Shown: piece by piece, positions 42,443 to 50,375 of the stretch
How positions within the stretch are numbered: position 1 is the first letter of the stretch
Layout: each line of letters starts with the position of its first letter
IMG/VR virus record: IMGVR_UViG_3300027887_000007
Coordinates: 32,001-96,000 of that record
Length of the DNA: 64,000 nt
Reading direction: 5' to 3' (one strand)
Source: a virus
Notes under the pieces: model-generated
What the model saw: only the letters and a program-made list of their open reading frames with translations
The model's database searches: none
Told to the model about the DNA's origin: nothing
Translations under genes and position numbers: made by a program

Positions 42443-42510
42443 AACATTCCTTCGCTTCTACCCCTTGGCAAACCCCCAAGTCTGCAAGCGGTAGACCAGC
42501 GTTGGACTAC

Positions 42511-42894
42511 CTAGCCCATCGGGGGCATCTGCCCGGGTCCGCCCGGAGGCGGTGGTGTTCCGGGCATACCCGGAGGTCCGGTTTCACCCGGGCCACCTGG
42601 CCCCTTCGGGGCTCCTCTTACAGCCGCCACTCCACTGTCGAGAATCGCGGTTGCCCGCGCAGCGAAAGGCGCCATTATCGGTTCTGTCGAAGCCATCTGC
42701 TCAAGTACCTTCTTTACCGCCTCTACCTGAGCGACGATTGCTCCGTTGGCGTCAGGAGCTCCCGGTGCCGGAGGACCGCCACCGGGTCGCCGAGCCGCCA
42801 GAGCGCCAAGCCCCGGTGGGGGCTCGGGCGGTGTCCCCATCTGACTAGCGACGTCAGGCGGGGGTGCGGGTGGTCGATCCAGTCCCATAGGCAT
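42511..42894 (-). CDS. Pro/Gly-rich small protein
   Basis: Central helical hairpin flanked by Pro-rich tails; upstream of the scaffold. Confidence 0.6.
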   Translation of the reverse strand: MPMGLDRPPAPPPDVASQMGTPPEPPPGLGALAARRPGGGPPAPGAPDANGAIVAQVEAVKKVLEQMASTEPIMAPFAARATAILDSGVAAVRGAPKGPGGPGETGPPGMPGTPPPPGGPGQMPPMG

Positions 42895-42897
42895 GGG

Positions 42898-43059
42898 TTA
42901 CCCCACCTTTCCCTTTTTCCCCGATTCAGACTTCTGGTTGGCCGACGTGGGCTCAGTCGCCAGAGGCACGAACGTACCCGGGCTCTGGATCCCTGCCGGC
43001 TGTGTGTTGTCGCCGTGGCCCTCGAACTTGCCCCCGGCTTCTTTCTTTTCCTCGGCCAT
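42898..43059 (-). CDS. Small hypothetical protein
   Basis: MAEEKKEAGG start after an AGGAG RBS. Confidence 0.55.
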   Translation of the reverse strand: MAEEKKEAGGKFEGHGDNTQPAGIQSPGTFVPLATEPTSANQKSESGKKGKVG

Positions 43060-43115
43060 GTTGAATCTCCTTTTGCTGGCTTTAGGTGATGTGCAACTCC
43101 CGAATTCCGGCGCCA

Positions 43116-43283
43116 TCAACGCCGGGAACCCTTTCGCCCATTCAGCTTGCGATAGTGTCGCAGCTCTCTGGACTGTTTCTTGGCCTCTTTGTCTAGCTTG
43201 TCCGTATCCCCGTGCCGCAAAACCTTGACGAGATGCTCATGCTCTCGAACGGCTTCCTTCTTCGGGATACGGACTTCGGCCAT
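43116..43283 (-). CDS. Small basic protein
   Basis: MAEVRIPKKEAVREHEHLVKVL...RKLNGRKGSRR; starts 1 nt after the upstream stop. Confidence 0.6.
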   Translation of the reverse strand: MAEVRIPKKEAVREHEHLVKVLRHGDTDKLDKEAKKQSRELRHYRKLNGRKGSRR

Positions 43284-43284
43284 T

Positions 43285-43443
43285 TTACTTCCGGCCAAAA
43301 CCCCTGCCGGCCTTTCGGACCTTCTTGCGACCCTTGCCCCGGGATTTTGCCTCGGCCTTTTCCTCAGCCGCGGATTCCTTGCCACCAAACGGCGGCGCCC
43401 CGGCGACCGGGGCAGCTGCACCCTTGACGAACGGAGGTTTCAT
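43285..43443 (-). CDS. Small basic protein (52 aa, not in ORF track)
   Basis: MKPPFVKGAAAPVAGAPPFGGKESAAEEKAEAKSRGKGRKKVRKAGRGFGRK; ATGA-coupled to the upstream stop; GAGG RBS. Confidence 0.65.
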   Translation of the reverse strand: MKPPFVKGAAAPVAGAPPFGGKESAAEEKAEAKSRGKGRKKVRKAGRGFGRK

Positions 43444-43658
43444 CTTCCTCTCCCTCTGGATGATTTTCGTGCTGATTTGCGTCCCTTGCGAGATTGCCCG
43501 GATACGCTAAGTCCGATGGCGATCGCCTGATCTCGGTCCTTTACGATCGGACCCTCGTCTGACCCGGAGTGGAGTGTTCCGGCCTTGAACTTGTGCATCT
43601 CCTCGCCCATTGCAGCCCGTTTCTGCTTCTTCGATGCGGAAGGCGGTAGCTTAGGCAC
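43440..43658 (-). CDS. DUF6496-like small basic protein
   Basis: EMHKFKAGTLHSGS..GPIVKDRDQAIAIGLS matches the family pattern; GTG start with GAGGAG RBS. Confidence 0.75.
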   Translation of the reverse strand: MPKLPPSASKKQKRAAMGEEMHKFKAGTLHSGSDEGPIVKDRDQAIAIGLSVSGQSRKGRKSARKSSRGRGR

Positions 43659-43926
43659 GGGACGCTCCTCGTGAGGCCTTTCGGTTCGGCTTGCGCTTCG
43701 AGGCCCTTCCCTCGTCAGCCTCATATCCGGAAAGCGCTGAAGCTGCGCTCCTCAGGAGTTCGGCCGCCCGGGCTAGGCGCTTGGGATCCTTGCGGATCTC
43801 GGCATGGCGAATCATGTCGTGGGCATCCTCGCGGGCGCGGAACTCATCGTCCATGCCCAGCGCCGCAGACGGGGTCGGCGGGCTCGGAATCTTTGCAAGG
43901 CTGGCCTTCTTCCCTTTGGTCGCCAT
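43651..43926 (-). CDS. Small basic protein
   Basis: FRAREDAHDMIRHAEIRKDPKRLARA helix; basic tail; GAGAGG RBS. Confidence 0.65.
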   Translation of the reverse strand: MATKGKKASLAKIPSPPTPSAALGMDDEFRAREDAHDMIRHAEIRKDPKRLARAAELLRSAASALSGYEADEGRASKRKPNRKASRGASRA

Positions 43927-44013
43927 ATTCGCCTCTCGGGGCGGCCTCGGTTCGAGGAGGGTAGATGTTACCTCTTGCCAAGACCGCCACTTCGGGAGTT
44001 TGCCGTCAGAGAT

Positions 44014-44034
44014 AGGCTACTAAACCCTTGTCAA
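44014..44034 (-). promoter_or_regulatory. Putative promoter motif TTGACA-N9-TAGCCT followed by a structured leader
   Basis: Intergenic; downstream stem GGCGGTCTTGG/CCGAGGCCGCC (43940-43988). Confidence 0.45.
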
Positions 44035-44040
44035 GCCCCC

Positions 44041-44376
44041 CTATCTCCCTCGGCCTCTGGACCTTTTGCGGTTGCCCTTGCGGACGACCATTTCCCCCTT
44101 GTGGAGGACCGCGAGGCCGGTATTTTTTACCCGTCCGCCCTTTCGGTACTTCGGCAGCTTCTTGAGCTGCTCCGGATCCGCCTGTCCTCCAGCTCGGCGC
44201 TTGGCGAGGTCTACCACAGCCGAAACGCCCTTCTCGCGGATCGTGTCCGCTGCGGTCCGGGCGGGGGCCGCGGTTTTCTTTGCCGGGCCGACCCAACTGT
44301 CAACCTTCTCTTGGATCTTCCGGCCGGCTGACTTCACCGCCTCGGTGGCTTTGCTCAGTATGCCTTCATCCGGCAT
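44041..44376 (-). CDS. Small basic protein with KGG..TG..LHKGE.V motif
   Basis: PKYRKGGRVKNTGLAVLHKGEMVV; paralog of 21970-22314. Confidence 0.7.
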   Translation of the reverse strand: MPDEGILSKATEAVKSAGRKIQEKVDSWVGPAKKTAAPARTAADTIREKGVSAVVDLAKRRAGGQADPEQLKKLPKYRKGGRVKNTGLAVLHKGEMVVRKGNRKRSRGRGR

Positions 44377-44390
44377 CTCGCCTCTCCTTG

Positions 44391-44717
44391 CTAGGACACC
44401 ATGCAGATGCAGGTGACCCCATCCCCCGCGGTGTCCGCGTCGATGTAGATCACCGACATGTTGGTCCCGTTCACCTCGATACCTATCCCTGCACTAAATG
44501 ATGGCTGAGTCCTGTCAAGCCTCGCCATGATGTACCGCAGGTTTATTCGGTCGTCGGAGGATGAGAGAGTAACGTAGACGTCGCCAGCATTCGACTTGAG
44601 ACGCTGGATCGCAAAACCATGGACGTTTACGGCCAAGGATGGGTCGAGGAGGTTGTTGGTGATCCTCTTCGGGACCCCGGGCGTGTCGATTACGATCTTG
44701 CCGAGTGGTAGAAACAT
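44391..44717 (-). CDS. Small beta-sandwich virion protein
   Basis: MFLPLGKIV..PGVP; IQRLKSNAGDVYV; NMSVIYIDADTAGDG; GAGG RBS; paralog of 37128-37433. Confidence 0.6.
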   Translation of the reverse strand: MFLPLGKIVIDTPGVPKRITNNLLDPSLAVNVHGFAIQRLKSNAGDVYVTLSSSDDRINLRYIMARLDRTQPSFSAGIGIEVNGTNMSVIYIDADTAGDGVTCICMVS

Positions 44718-44893
44718 TTGAGTTTCCTCGTGGCGATGATGTACCGCCGCCTGACACTTCCCAACCACCATTCATAGATGGCGGCGAGAACCTTGCTCCT
44801 AGGACCAACGTAGTCGATCTGAAAGATCGCAGCCCGTTGTTCCACGGCACGGGACGTGAAATCCTCAGGACCCAAGTGATACGCGAACTTCAT
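44690..44893 (-). CDS. Hypothetical protein (67 aa)
   Basis: ATGA-coupled to the upstream gene. Confidence 0.45.
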   Translation of the reverse strand: MKFAYHLGPEDFTSRAVEQRAAIFQIDYVGPRSKVLAAIYEWWLGSVRRRYIIATRKLKCFYHSARS

Positions 44894-46884
44894 GACGGCA
44901 CCTCAAGTACTCCAATGCCCATCGAGGGCCCCGGGCATCCGGGGTACTCGCCCGGGTCGAAAAACTCGTGGTGGACGAATCTCCCCTTTATTTCCTCCCA
45001 CAGCCGGCTGACGAAAACCCCAAGGCTGCGGTGATAGTCGCTGTCGAGAATGTCATGGAAGACGATCAGACCGCCTGGTCGAACAGACGGACTGTAGGCC
45101 TCGAAATCCTGTCTGACACCCTCATAGGTGTGGTCCCCGTCGATAAACAGAACGTCGACCTGTCCAGCCATTTCGGTAGCCCGGTGGATGATCGCCCAGT
45201 CGTGGCTGTCCCCCTCGATCTCGGTAACATGCTTTGCGAGCGGGGTCTCGTCGTACACCTGCCGGGGATAGTAGTGGGCGAGCTCGGTAAACCCGCCCCA
45301 GTCGAATCTCTGGTCAACCGCATAGACCATGCCATCGTGAGGGGCGACCATCTTGGCCCAAAACATGGCGCTTCCACCCCTGTACACGCCTATCTCAAGT
45401 ACCTTCTTGATCTTCCGTGCCGACAGTAGCTTCTGCAACGCCATGAGCTCGCCCGGCTTTTGGGCGCAAGGCCAGTCGATCTTGATGCCGGCGAACCCGT
45501 ACCGCTCTCGGATGATCGCCCGGCAGCGCTCGAAATGCTCCGGCGTCATCCAAGAGGCGTGATTCTCTTGGTGAAAGATCGGGAAGTTTCCGATCATCAG
45601 GCTTCCGTTGTTCGGGAGCGGCCCTTCTTTCGGGACCTGAATGGTCTGGTACCCGGCGTCCTGAACCTTGAAGCAGAAGTCCATGTCCTCAAATCCGCCG
45701 GGATTGAAAGTCTCATCGAACAGACCGACCTTATCGAACATGTCCCGGCGAACGGCGGCGCAGAAAAACATGACGAACCAGCGGTCCACGTCCGATGCGT
45801 ACCCCTTCAGTGGGCCGGTAACGCCGAAGCGCTTGGTCCTCAGAGGCTCAATCAGTGTCGGCAGCCATAGTCGCGCCGCTTCGGGATTGTTGTTTAGGAT
45901 CACCGCATCATCATTGATGAAGACGATGTACTCTCCACGGGAAGCCCGCACCCCCTCGTTGAGCGCTCTGGTAGCTCCGATCCTCTCTGGGAACCATACC
46001 AACCTGAATGGATCCCCCAATGTCTGGGCGAAGTAGCGAGCATCCTCCTCCGCTCCATTTGCCACAATGACCACCTCACCGTTGGTCAGATCGGTGGCTG
46101 CAACGATGCTCGACACGCAGGCCTGCAGATTCCTCGCCGAGCAAGTAGGGATGACTATCGAGAACTCGGCAGTCTTCTCCTTGAATCCGTACCGCTCGCG
46201 GAGGATGTTGAAGTTCCGGGCGAAGGTCTCCTGCCACTTCTCGGCCACCCCTTCGAGGGAATGCACTGTACCTTCGGCCGCATGGTAGATCGGGAACTCC
46301 CCCGACCAGAACTTCGGGTTAATGTTCCCATCCAGCTTATCGTGGGGAACCTGAACGATGCCGTACCCCTTCTGCTTCGCCTTCATGGCGAAGTCCATGT
46401 CTTCCCCGGCGCCCGGGTTGAAGCACTCGTCCAGCAGGCCGATCTCGTAGAACAGGGTGTGCCGGATCATGGCACAGAAGAAGAGGATGAACTCGCAGTT
46501 GGTTGCCGGGCTGCGCGTCTTGAGTGGTCCGGTGATGGCCACTTTCGGGTTCGAGAAAGGCGCCATCATCATGTCGATCCACTGGTTTTTGGACTGCGGG
46601 AGCAGGATTACGTCGTCGTTCAGCAGGACGATGTACTCTCCGCGGCAGACCTTGATCCCCTCGTTGAGGGCCCGTGTGGCCCCGATCGGCTTGTCATAGT
46701 GAAGGTACTCTACCGGAACGCCGACCTCGGTAAGTCCCTTGGCGAACCGGCGCGTTTCTTCCCCGGCGCCGTTTGCGACCACAACAATCTCGGTGTCAGT
46801 GAGATTGGTGTACTCAGCAATAGACGCCAGACATTGTTTCAACAGAGATAGGGTACACGTCGGTATGACGATGCTTAACTTCAT
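44890..46884 (-). CDS. Tandem GT2 glycosyltransferase domains fused to a class I SAM methyltransferase (Methyltransf_24-like)
   Basis: Two copies of SIVIPTC..IGATRALNEG..GEYIV.LNDD..FFCA..GL.DE.FNPG..EDMDF; then VLEIGVYRGGS, LFIDGDHTYEGVRQDF, GGLIVFHD. Confidence 0.9.
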   Translation of the reverse strand: MKLSIVIPTCTLSLLKQCLASIAEYTNLTDTEIVVVANGAGEETRRFAKGLTEVGVPVEYLHYDKPIGATRALNEGIKVCRGEYIVLLNDDVILLPQSKNQWIDMMMAPFSNPKVAITGPLKTRSPATNCEFILFFCAMIRHTLFYEIGLLDECFNPGAGEDMDFAMKAKQKGYGIVQVPHDKLDGNINPKFWSGEFPIYHAAEGTVHSLEGVAEKWQETFARNFNILRERYGFKEKTAEFSIVIPTCSARNLQACVSSIVAATDLTNGEVVIVANGAEEDARYFAQTLGDPFRLVWFPERIGATRALNEGVRASRGEYIVFINDDAVILNNNPEAARLWLPTLIEPLRTKRFGVTGPLKGYASDVDRWFVMFFCAAVRRDMFDKVGLFDETFNPGGFEDMDFCFKVQDAGYQTIQVPKEGPLPNNGSLMIGNFPIFHQENHASWMTPEHFERCRAIIRERYGFAGIKIDWPCAQKPGELMALQKLLSARKIKKVLEIGVYRGGSAMFWAKMVAPHDGMVYAVDQRFDWGGFTELAHYYPRQVYDETPLAKHVTEIEGDSHDWAIIHRATEMAGQVDVLFIDGDHTYEGVRQDFEAYSPSVRPGGLIVFHDILDSDYHRSLGVFVSRLWEEIKGRFVHHEFFDPGEYPGCPGPSMGIGVLEVPS

Positions 46885-48154
46885 GCTTGGCAGGCTCCCG
46901 TTCCATCTTCTTTTCGTAGTCTAACAGACACCCGCGCCGCGGCTTGTTCTCCTTCAGCCAAGTGCGGAAGGCGACCTCTAGGATCCTAAATTCCGCCCGC
47001 GACAACCAGAGAGTATCTACCGTCAGCCCTCCGGTCCCATCCTTGCCAACCTGATAGTACTGATCGAAGTCGCGTGACATCCAAGTGATCCCATACTTCT
47101 CCGGGTTGTCCCACACGGGGGTCCCGGGGTAGGGGACGAAATTGGAGACGAAGTACTGGTCCGGATCGGCGTCGACGATGAACTTCCTCGTCTCCTCGAG
47201 CGTATCGGCGGTCTCGCCCGGGAATCCGATGACGAAGAAGGCCCGGGAGACGATCCCGTATTTCTTCGCCCATTCGATGACGTTGTAGTTGTCCTTGATC
47301 TTCGCTCCCTTGATCATCCGGTCAAGGATGTAGGGCGACCCGGATTCGATGCCCCATGCAACCTGTCGGCATCCGGCGTCGGCCAGCCGGCGGTAGACTT
47401 CTTCCGTATCCGGCCCGGCCTTCCCAAGGCAGCGGAACGTGATACCAAGCGGCCCGATCAAGTCCAATATCGGAAAAAGTCGCTTCTTGTTCAGGGTGAA
47501 GATGTCGTCTTGGAAGTTGAACGCCCGGATCCCGTACTCGTCGATAACCCGCTTGATCATGTCGCGGACTTGCTCGGGCGTGGCGATTTTCTTGTTTCCG
47601 TCCAGCTTGTGCATCATGTCGAGCCCGCAGAATGCACAGTGGTAGGGACATCCGCGGGCTGTGAGCAGAGGGACCGACTTCTCCCCGTCGACAACCCGGT
47701 GGTAGGAGAAGACGTCCACGAGGTCGAACGCGGGGTAGATACCAGCGTCAACCTTCCCGTCCGACTTGATGATCCTGTGAAACTGCTTCCCGGTCGCAAG
47801 CTCAGCCATTGGGGTTTCGCCGGCCCCGATCACTACATGATCGGCAAACAGGTATCCCTCCGGCATGGCCGATGGATTAGCTCCCCCGACAACGATCTTG
47901 GCCTTGGGTGAAACCCTGCGGATCTCCCGACACAAAGGCTCGACAAAGTTCATCGAGGTGCAATAGCTGGTGATCCCGTAGAGGTCGGCCTTCCCGATCG
48001 TAAAGCTGGTCAAACCAGACATGTCGTTCACACGCACATCGACATCCGGAACTGCCTTGCGAAGATGCGCGGCAATCATGAGAAGACCCAGAGGCGGGTC
48101 CAGCCTGTCATCTGTGGAGTTTGGGTGCGGCGGATGGATCAGCTCAACCTTCAT
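46814..48154 (-). CDS. Cobalamin-binding radical SAM protein
   Basis: PPLGLLMIAA and IVVGGANPS (B12-binding), TARGCPYHCAFC (CxxxCxxC), FQDDIF, GIESGS, IGFPGET, PYPGT. Confidence 0.92.
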   Translation of the reverse strand: MKVELIHPPHPNSTDDRLDPPLGLLMIAAHLRKAVPDVDVRVNDMSGLTSFTIGKADLYGITSYCTSMNFVEPLCREIRRVSPKAKIVVGGANPSAMPEGYLFADHVVIGAGETPMAELATGKQFHRIIKSDGKVDAGIYPAFDLVDVFSYHRVVDGEKSVPLLTARGCPYHCAFCGLDMMHKLDGNKKIATPEQVRDMIKRVIDEYGIRAFNFQDDIFTLNKKRLFPILDLIGPLGITFRCLGKAGPDTEEVYRRLADAGCRQVAWGIESGSPYILDRMIKGAKIKDNYNVIEWAKKYGIVSRAFFVIGFPGETADTLEETRKFIVDADPDQYFVSNFVPYPGTPVWDNPEKYGITWMSRDFDQYYQVGKDGTGGLTVDTLWLSRAEFRILEVAFRTWLKENKPRRGCLLDYEKKMEREPAKHEVKHRHTDVYPISVETMSGVYC

Positions 48155-48624
48155 TACCCCCCCTTTGCGACCGTGTCGATCGCGGTGGCTACGGTTTCGG
48201 CGTCAACCCAACAGTCCTCACGGTACTGTGCGTTGTCCCACCATTCCCAGATATTAGGGCGGATGTACCTGACTCCTTTGAGCAGGTTTACGTTGGCGGG
48301 ATGACCAAACACGTAGGGGTCTTGCTGACCGAATACCACAACTCCGCGTTTTCCCTCGTAGGTTGCGAAGTGCTGGAAAAAGTTGTCGACCGACGCCCAT
48401 GTCGCGCATTCCTGCAGGGCTTTCGCAATGAGCTTCAGGCGCAGCCCCCAGCAGAATCCTTGGACGTTAGGAAACCGGTACTCGCCGGCCGCGCCGACCT
48501 GAATGACATGGTACCCCATGGCGACCAACAGTGAGATCACCGCCTCCCAGTGCGGGTAGTCCTTCGGGTTTTTCGCCCCGCTGCGGAGCGTCCTCGAGAA
48601 CGGCGAGACCATGATCTTCTGCAT
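48154..48624 (-). CDS. GT9 (heptosyltransferase-like, GT-B) C-terminal domain
   Basis: KDYPHW, VIQVG, SVDNFFQHFA...GVVVFG..DPYVFGH. Confidence 0.75.
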   Translation of the reverse strand: MQKIMVSPFSRTLRSGAKNPKDYPHWEAVISLLVAMGYHVIQVGAAGEYRFPNVQGFCWGLRLKLIAKALQECATWASVDNFFQHFATYEGKRGVVVFGQQDPYVFGHPANVNLLKGVRYIRPNIWEWWDNAQYREDCWVDAETVATAIDTVAKGG

Positions 48625-49670
48625 CAGGCAACTCCGTACAGCCGCTTGAACCCTTCAGCGATCGGGATCCTGAGATTCTTGTCACCACAGTACTTGTAGA
48701 CGTCATAGTTCTCAAGGTTCCAAATCATCTGGCCTTCGGCAATCGAGATTTCCACGAAGTCCTTCGGTTCGTCCTCGAAGACCTCCGGGTAGCAGTCGGC
48801 CATGACGATCTTCTTCCCGGTGGCTTTCTCGCGGACCAGCGGCCAGACCTCGTTTTTGAAGATGATGTGGTCGCCGAGGCCGCAGTTCAAGACGATCGGG
48901 ACAATTTCAGTGGGATTGACGCCCCAGCGGAGCATACGCTCGACGAACTTCCGCTCGTCCGATGCCCAGTGGGACCCGTCCGTGTAGGACCGGATTCCGC
49001 CCTCCGGGTTGCGAAGGTGCCAAGTCTTGCAGACTGGCTGTATGAGGATCTTCCAGCCGGCGAGCTTCATCTCGTAGGTGAAGATAGTCTCCTCCCGATG
49101 GCCGACCGGACTCAGGTCGGTCGGGTAGTTCGGGGCAGCTTCCTTGCGAAACACAAACGAGCTGTAGAGGTGGTCAACCTCGTACGGCTGCTCGACCGTA
49201 CTAGGGAACCACTGCTCGTTCATGCCGATGTAGATGTCCTCGATCTTGTTCGAGGCGATCTTCGGCTTCCTCGGGATGTAGTTGAGTGGGTCGATGATCA
49301 GCCCACCGACAGCCCCGACCTCCGGCCTCGGGCGAATCACCCGCAGGAGGCACTCGAGGACGTTCGGCTCGGGCGCCTGGTCGTCGTCCAAACGCCAGAT
49401 GAAGTCAGTCTTCGCCATGCCGAGGGCCCGCTGGTGGTTGGCGACTTGGCCGATCCGGGCCCCGAAGCTAACCTCCCACTCGATGCCCTTGATGCTCAGC
49501 AGTGAGAATAGCCCCTTGTAAAGGCCGTTCTCGCGTAGGTCCCTCTGCTCTCCGTCATCGAAGATGATGAGTTTCTTCGGAAGGATGGTCTGGTTGCAGA
49601 CCGCGGAGATCATGAGCGGAAGGGTGGTGAAGTACCGGTCCTTCGTGGAAACGGTTGCGGTTACTTGCAT
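48624..49670 (-). CDS. GT2 glycosyltransferase fused to a GT9 N-terminal lobe
   Basis: TKDR, IIFDDG, WRLDDD (DxD), HREET; C-terminal LNCGLGDHIIF..YPEVF. Confidence 0.8.
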   Translation of the reverse strand: MQVTATVSTKDRYFTTLPLMISAVCNQTILPKKLIIFDDGEQRDLRENGLYKGLFSLLSIKGIEWEVSFGARIGQVANHQRALGMAKTDFIWRLDDDQAPEPNVLECLLRVIRPRPEVGAVGGLIIDPLNYIPRKPKIASNKIEDIYIGMNEQWFPSTVEQPYEVDHLYSSFVFRKEAAPNYPTDLSPVGHREETIFTYEMKLAGWKILIQPVCKTWHLRNPEGGIRSYTDGSHWASDERKFVERMLRWGVNPTEIVPIVLNCGLGDHIIFKNEVWPLVREKATGKKIVMADCYPEVFEDEPKDFVEISIAEGQMIWNLENYDVYKYCGDKNLRIPIAEGFKRLYGVA

Positions 49671-49906
49671 CAGACAGGCACCCCCAGCTCCGTGAGGATC
49701 GCCTCGATTCCGCCGACCTCCTTCAGGAGCTCAGCCCGCCTGTCCTGAAGCTCTTTGGGGTTGACCTTCTGCCGCTCCGGCATCTGGAGTTCTTCCCCGC
49801 TCTCCGGGTCGAATCGCTTGAAGACCAGCTCGTAGCCCTCCGGTCCGAACTGAATCTTCGCAAGTCCCTTCTCACGCACTCGGTTGAACCGTTTGATGTC
49901 GATCAT
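49670..49906 (-). CDS. Hypothetical protein (78 aa)
   Basis: KRFDPESGEEL beta hairpin plus C-terminal coiled coil; GGAGGGAG RBS; TGATG coupling. Confidence 0.6.
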   Translation of the reverse strand: MIDIKRFNRVREKGLAKIQFGPEGYELVFKRFDPESGEELQMPERQKVNPKELQDRRAELLKEVGGIEAILTELGVPV

Positions 49907-50375
49907 AAAATCTCCCTCCCGGTATCGCTATCCACCGACCGACATTTGCCGGCCAGATCCAATCGTTCTGCACTTGCGCCATATCCCACTTCTTCTTCTC
50001 TGCCTCAATCTCGTTCTTGATTGACTCTACACTGACGCAGTCACCAGCGGGAAGCTCCCTCACGAAGCGGCAGGATGCGGAAACGCCCCCTTGAACGTAG
50101 ATCGCCGGAAACGATCTGCAGACGAGCGGGCGCTTGTTGTAGACCAAGCAGGCTCCATCGCCGTAGTTCGGGCAAGGCCTAGTCACCATTTGGTACGCGG
50201 TAGTCACAACAGGAAAGCCGACACCGAAGAGAGGTTTTACGCTTTCTGGGGGAAACTGCAGTGTTTCGTCCGGGCTGAGGTAGAGTCCAAACTCCCATCC
50301 GAACCTCGGCTCGACAAGATTCTGCTCCCGGCAGCAATCCCCGCAGTTGGTACACTTGAAGTCAACGGCTACCAT
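49872..50375 (-). CDS. YkgJ family (CxxCxxCC) Fe-S/Zn-chelating protein
   Basis: FKCTNCGDCC; CPNY...CLVYNKRPLVCRSFP. Confidence 0.85.
   Translation of the reverse strand: MVAVDFKCTNCGDCCREQNLVEPRFGWEFGLYLSPDETLQFPPESVKPLFGVGFPVVTTAYQMVTRPCPNYGDGACLVYNKRPLVCRSFPAIYVQGGVSASCRFVRELPAGDCVSVESIKNEIEAEKKKWDMAQVQNDWIWPANVGRWIAIPGGRFYDRHQTVQPSA

Noticed and set aside
43980-44010. c-di-GMP-I (GEMM) riboswitch, from GGCAAACTCCCGAAG
   Set aside because: It lacks the GACGCAAA junction and matching P2 pairing; kept only as an unclassified structured leader.
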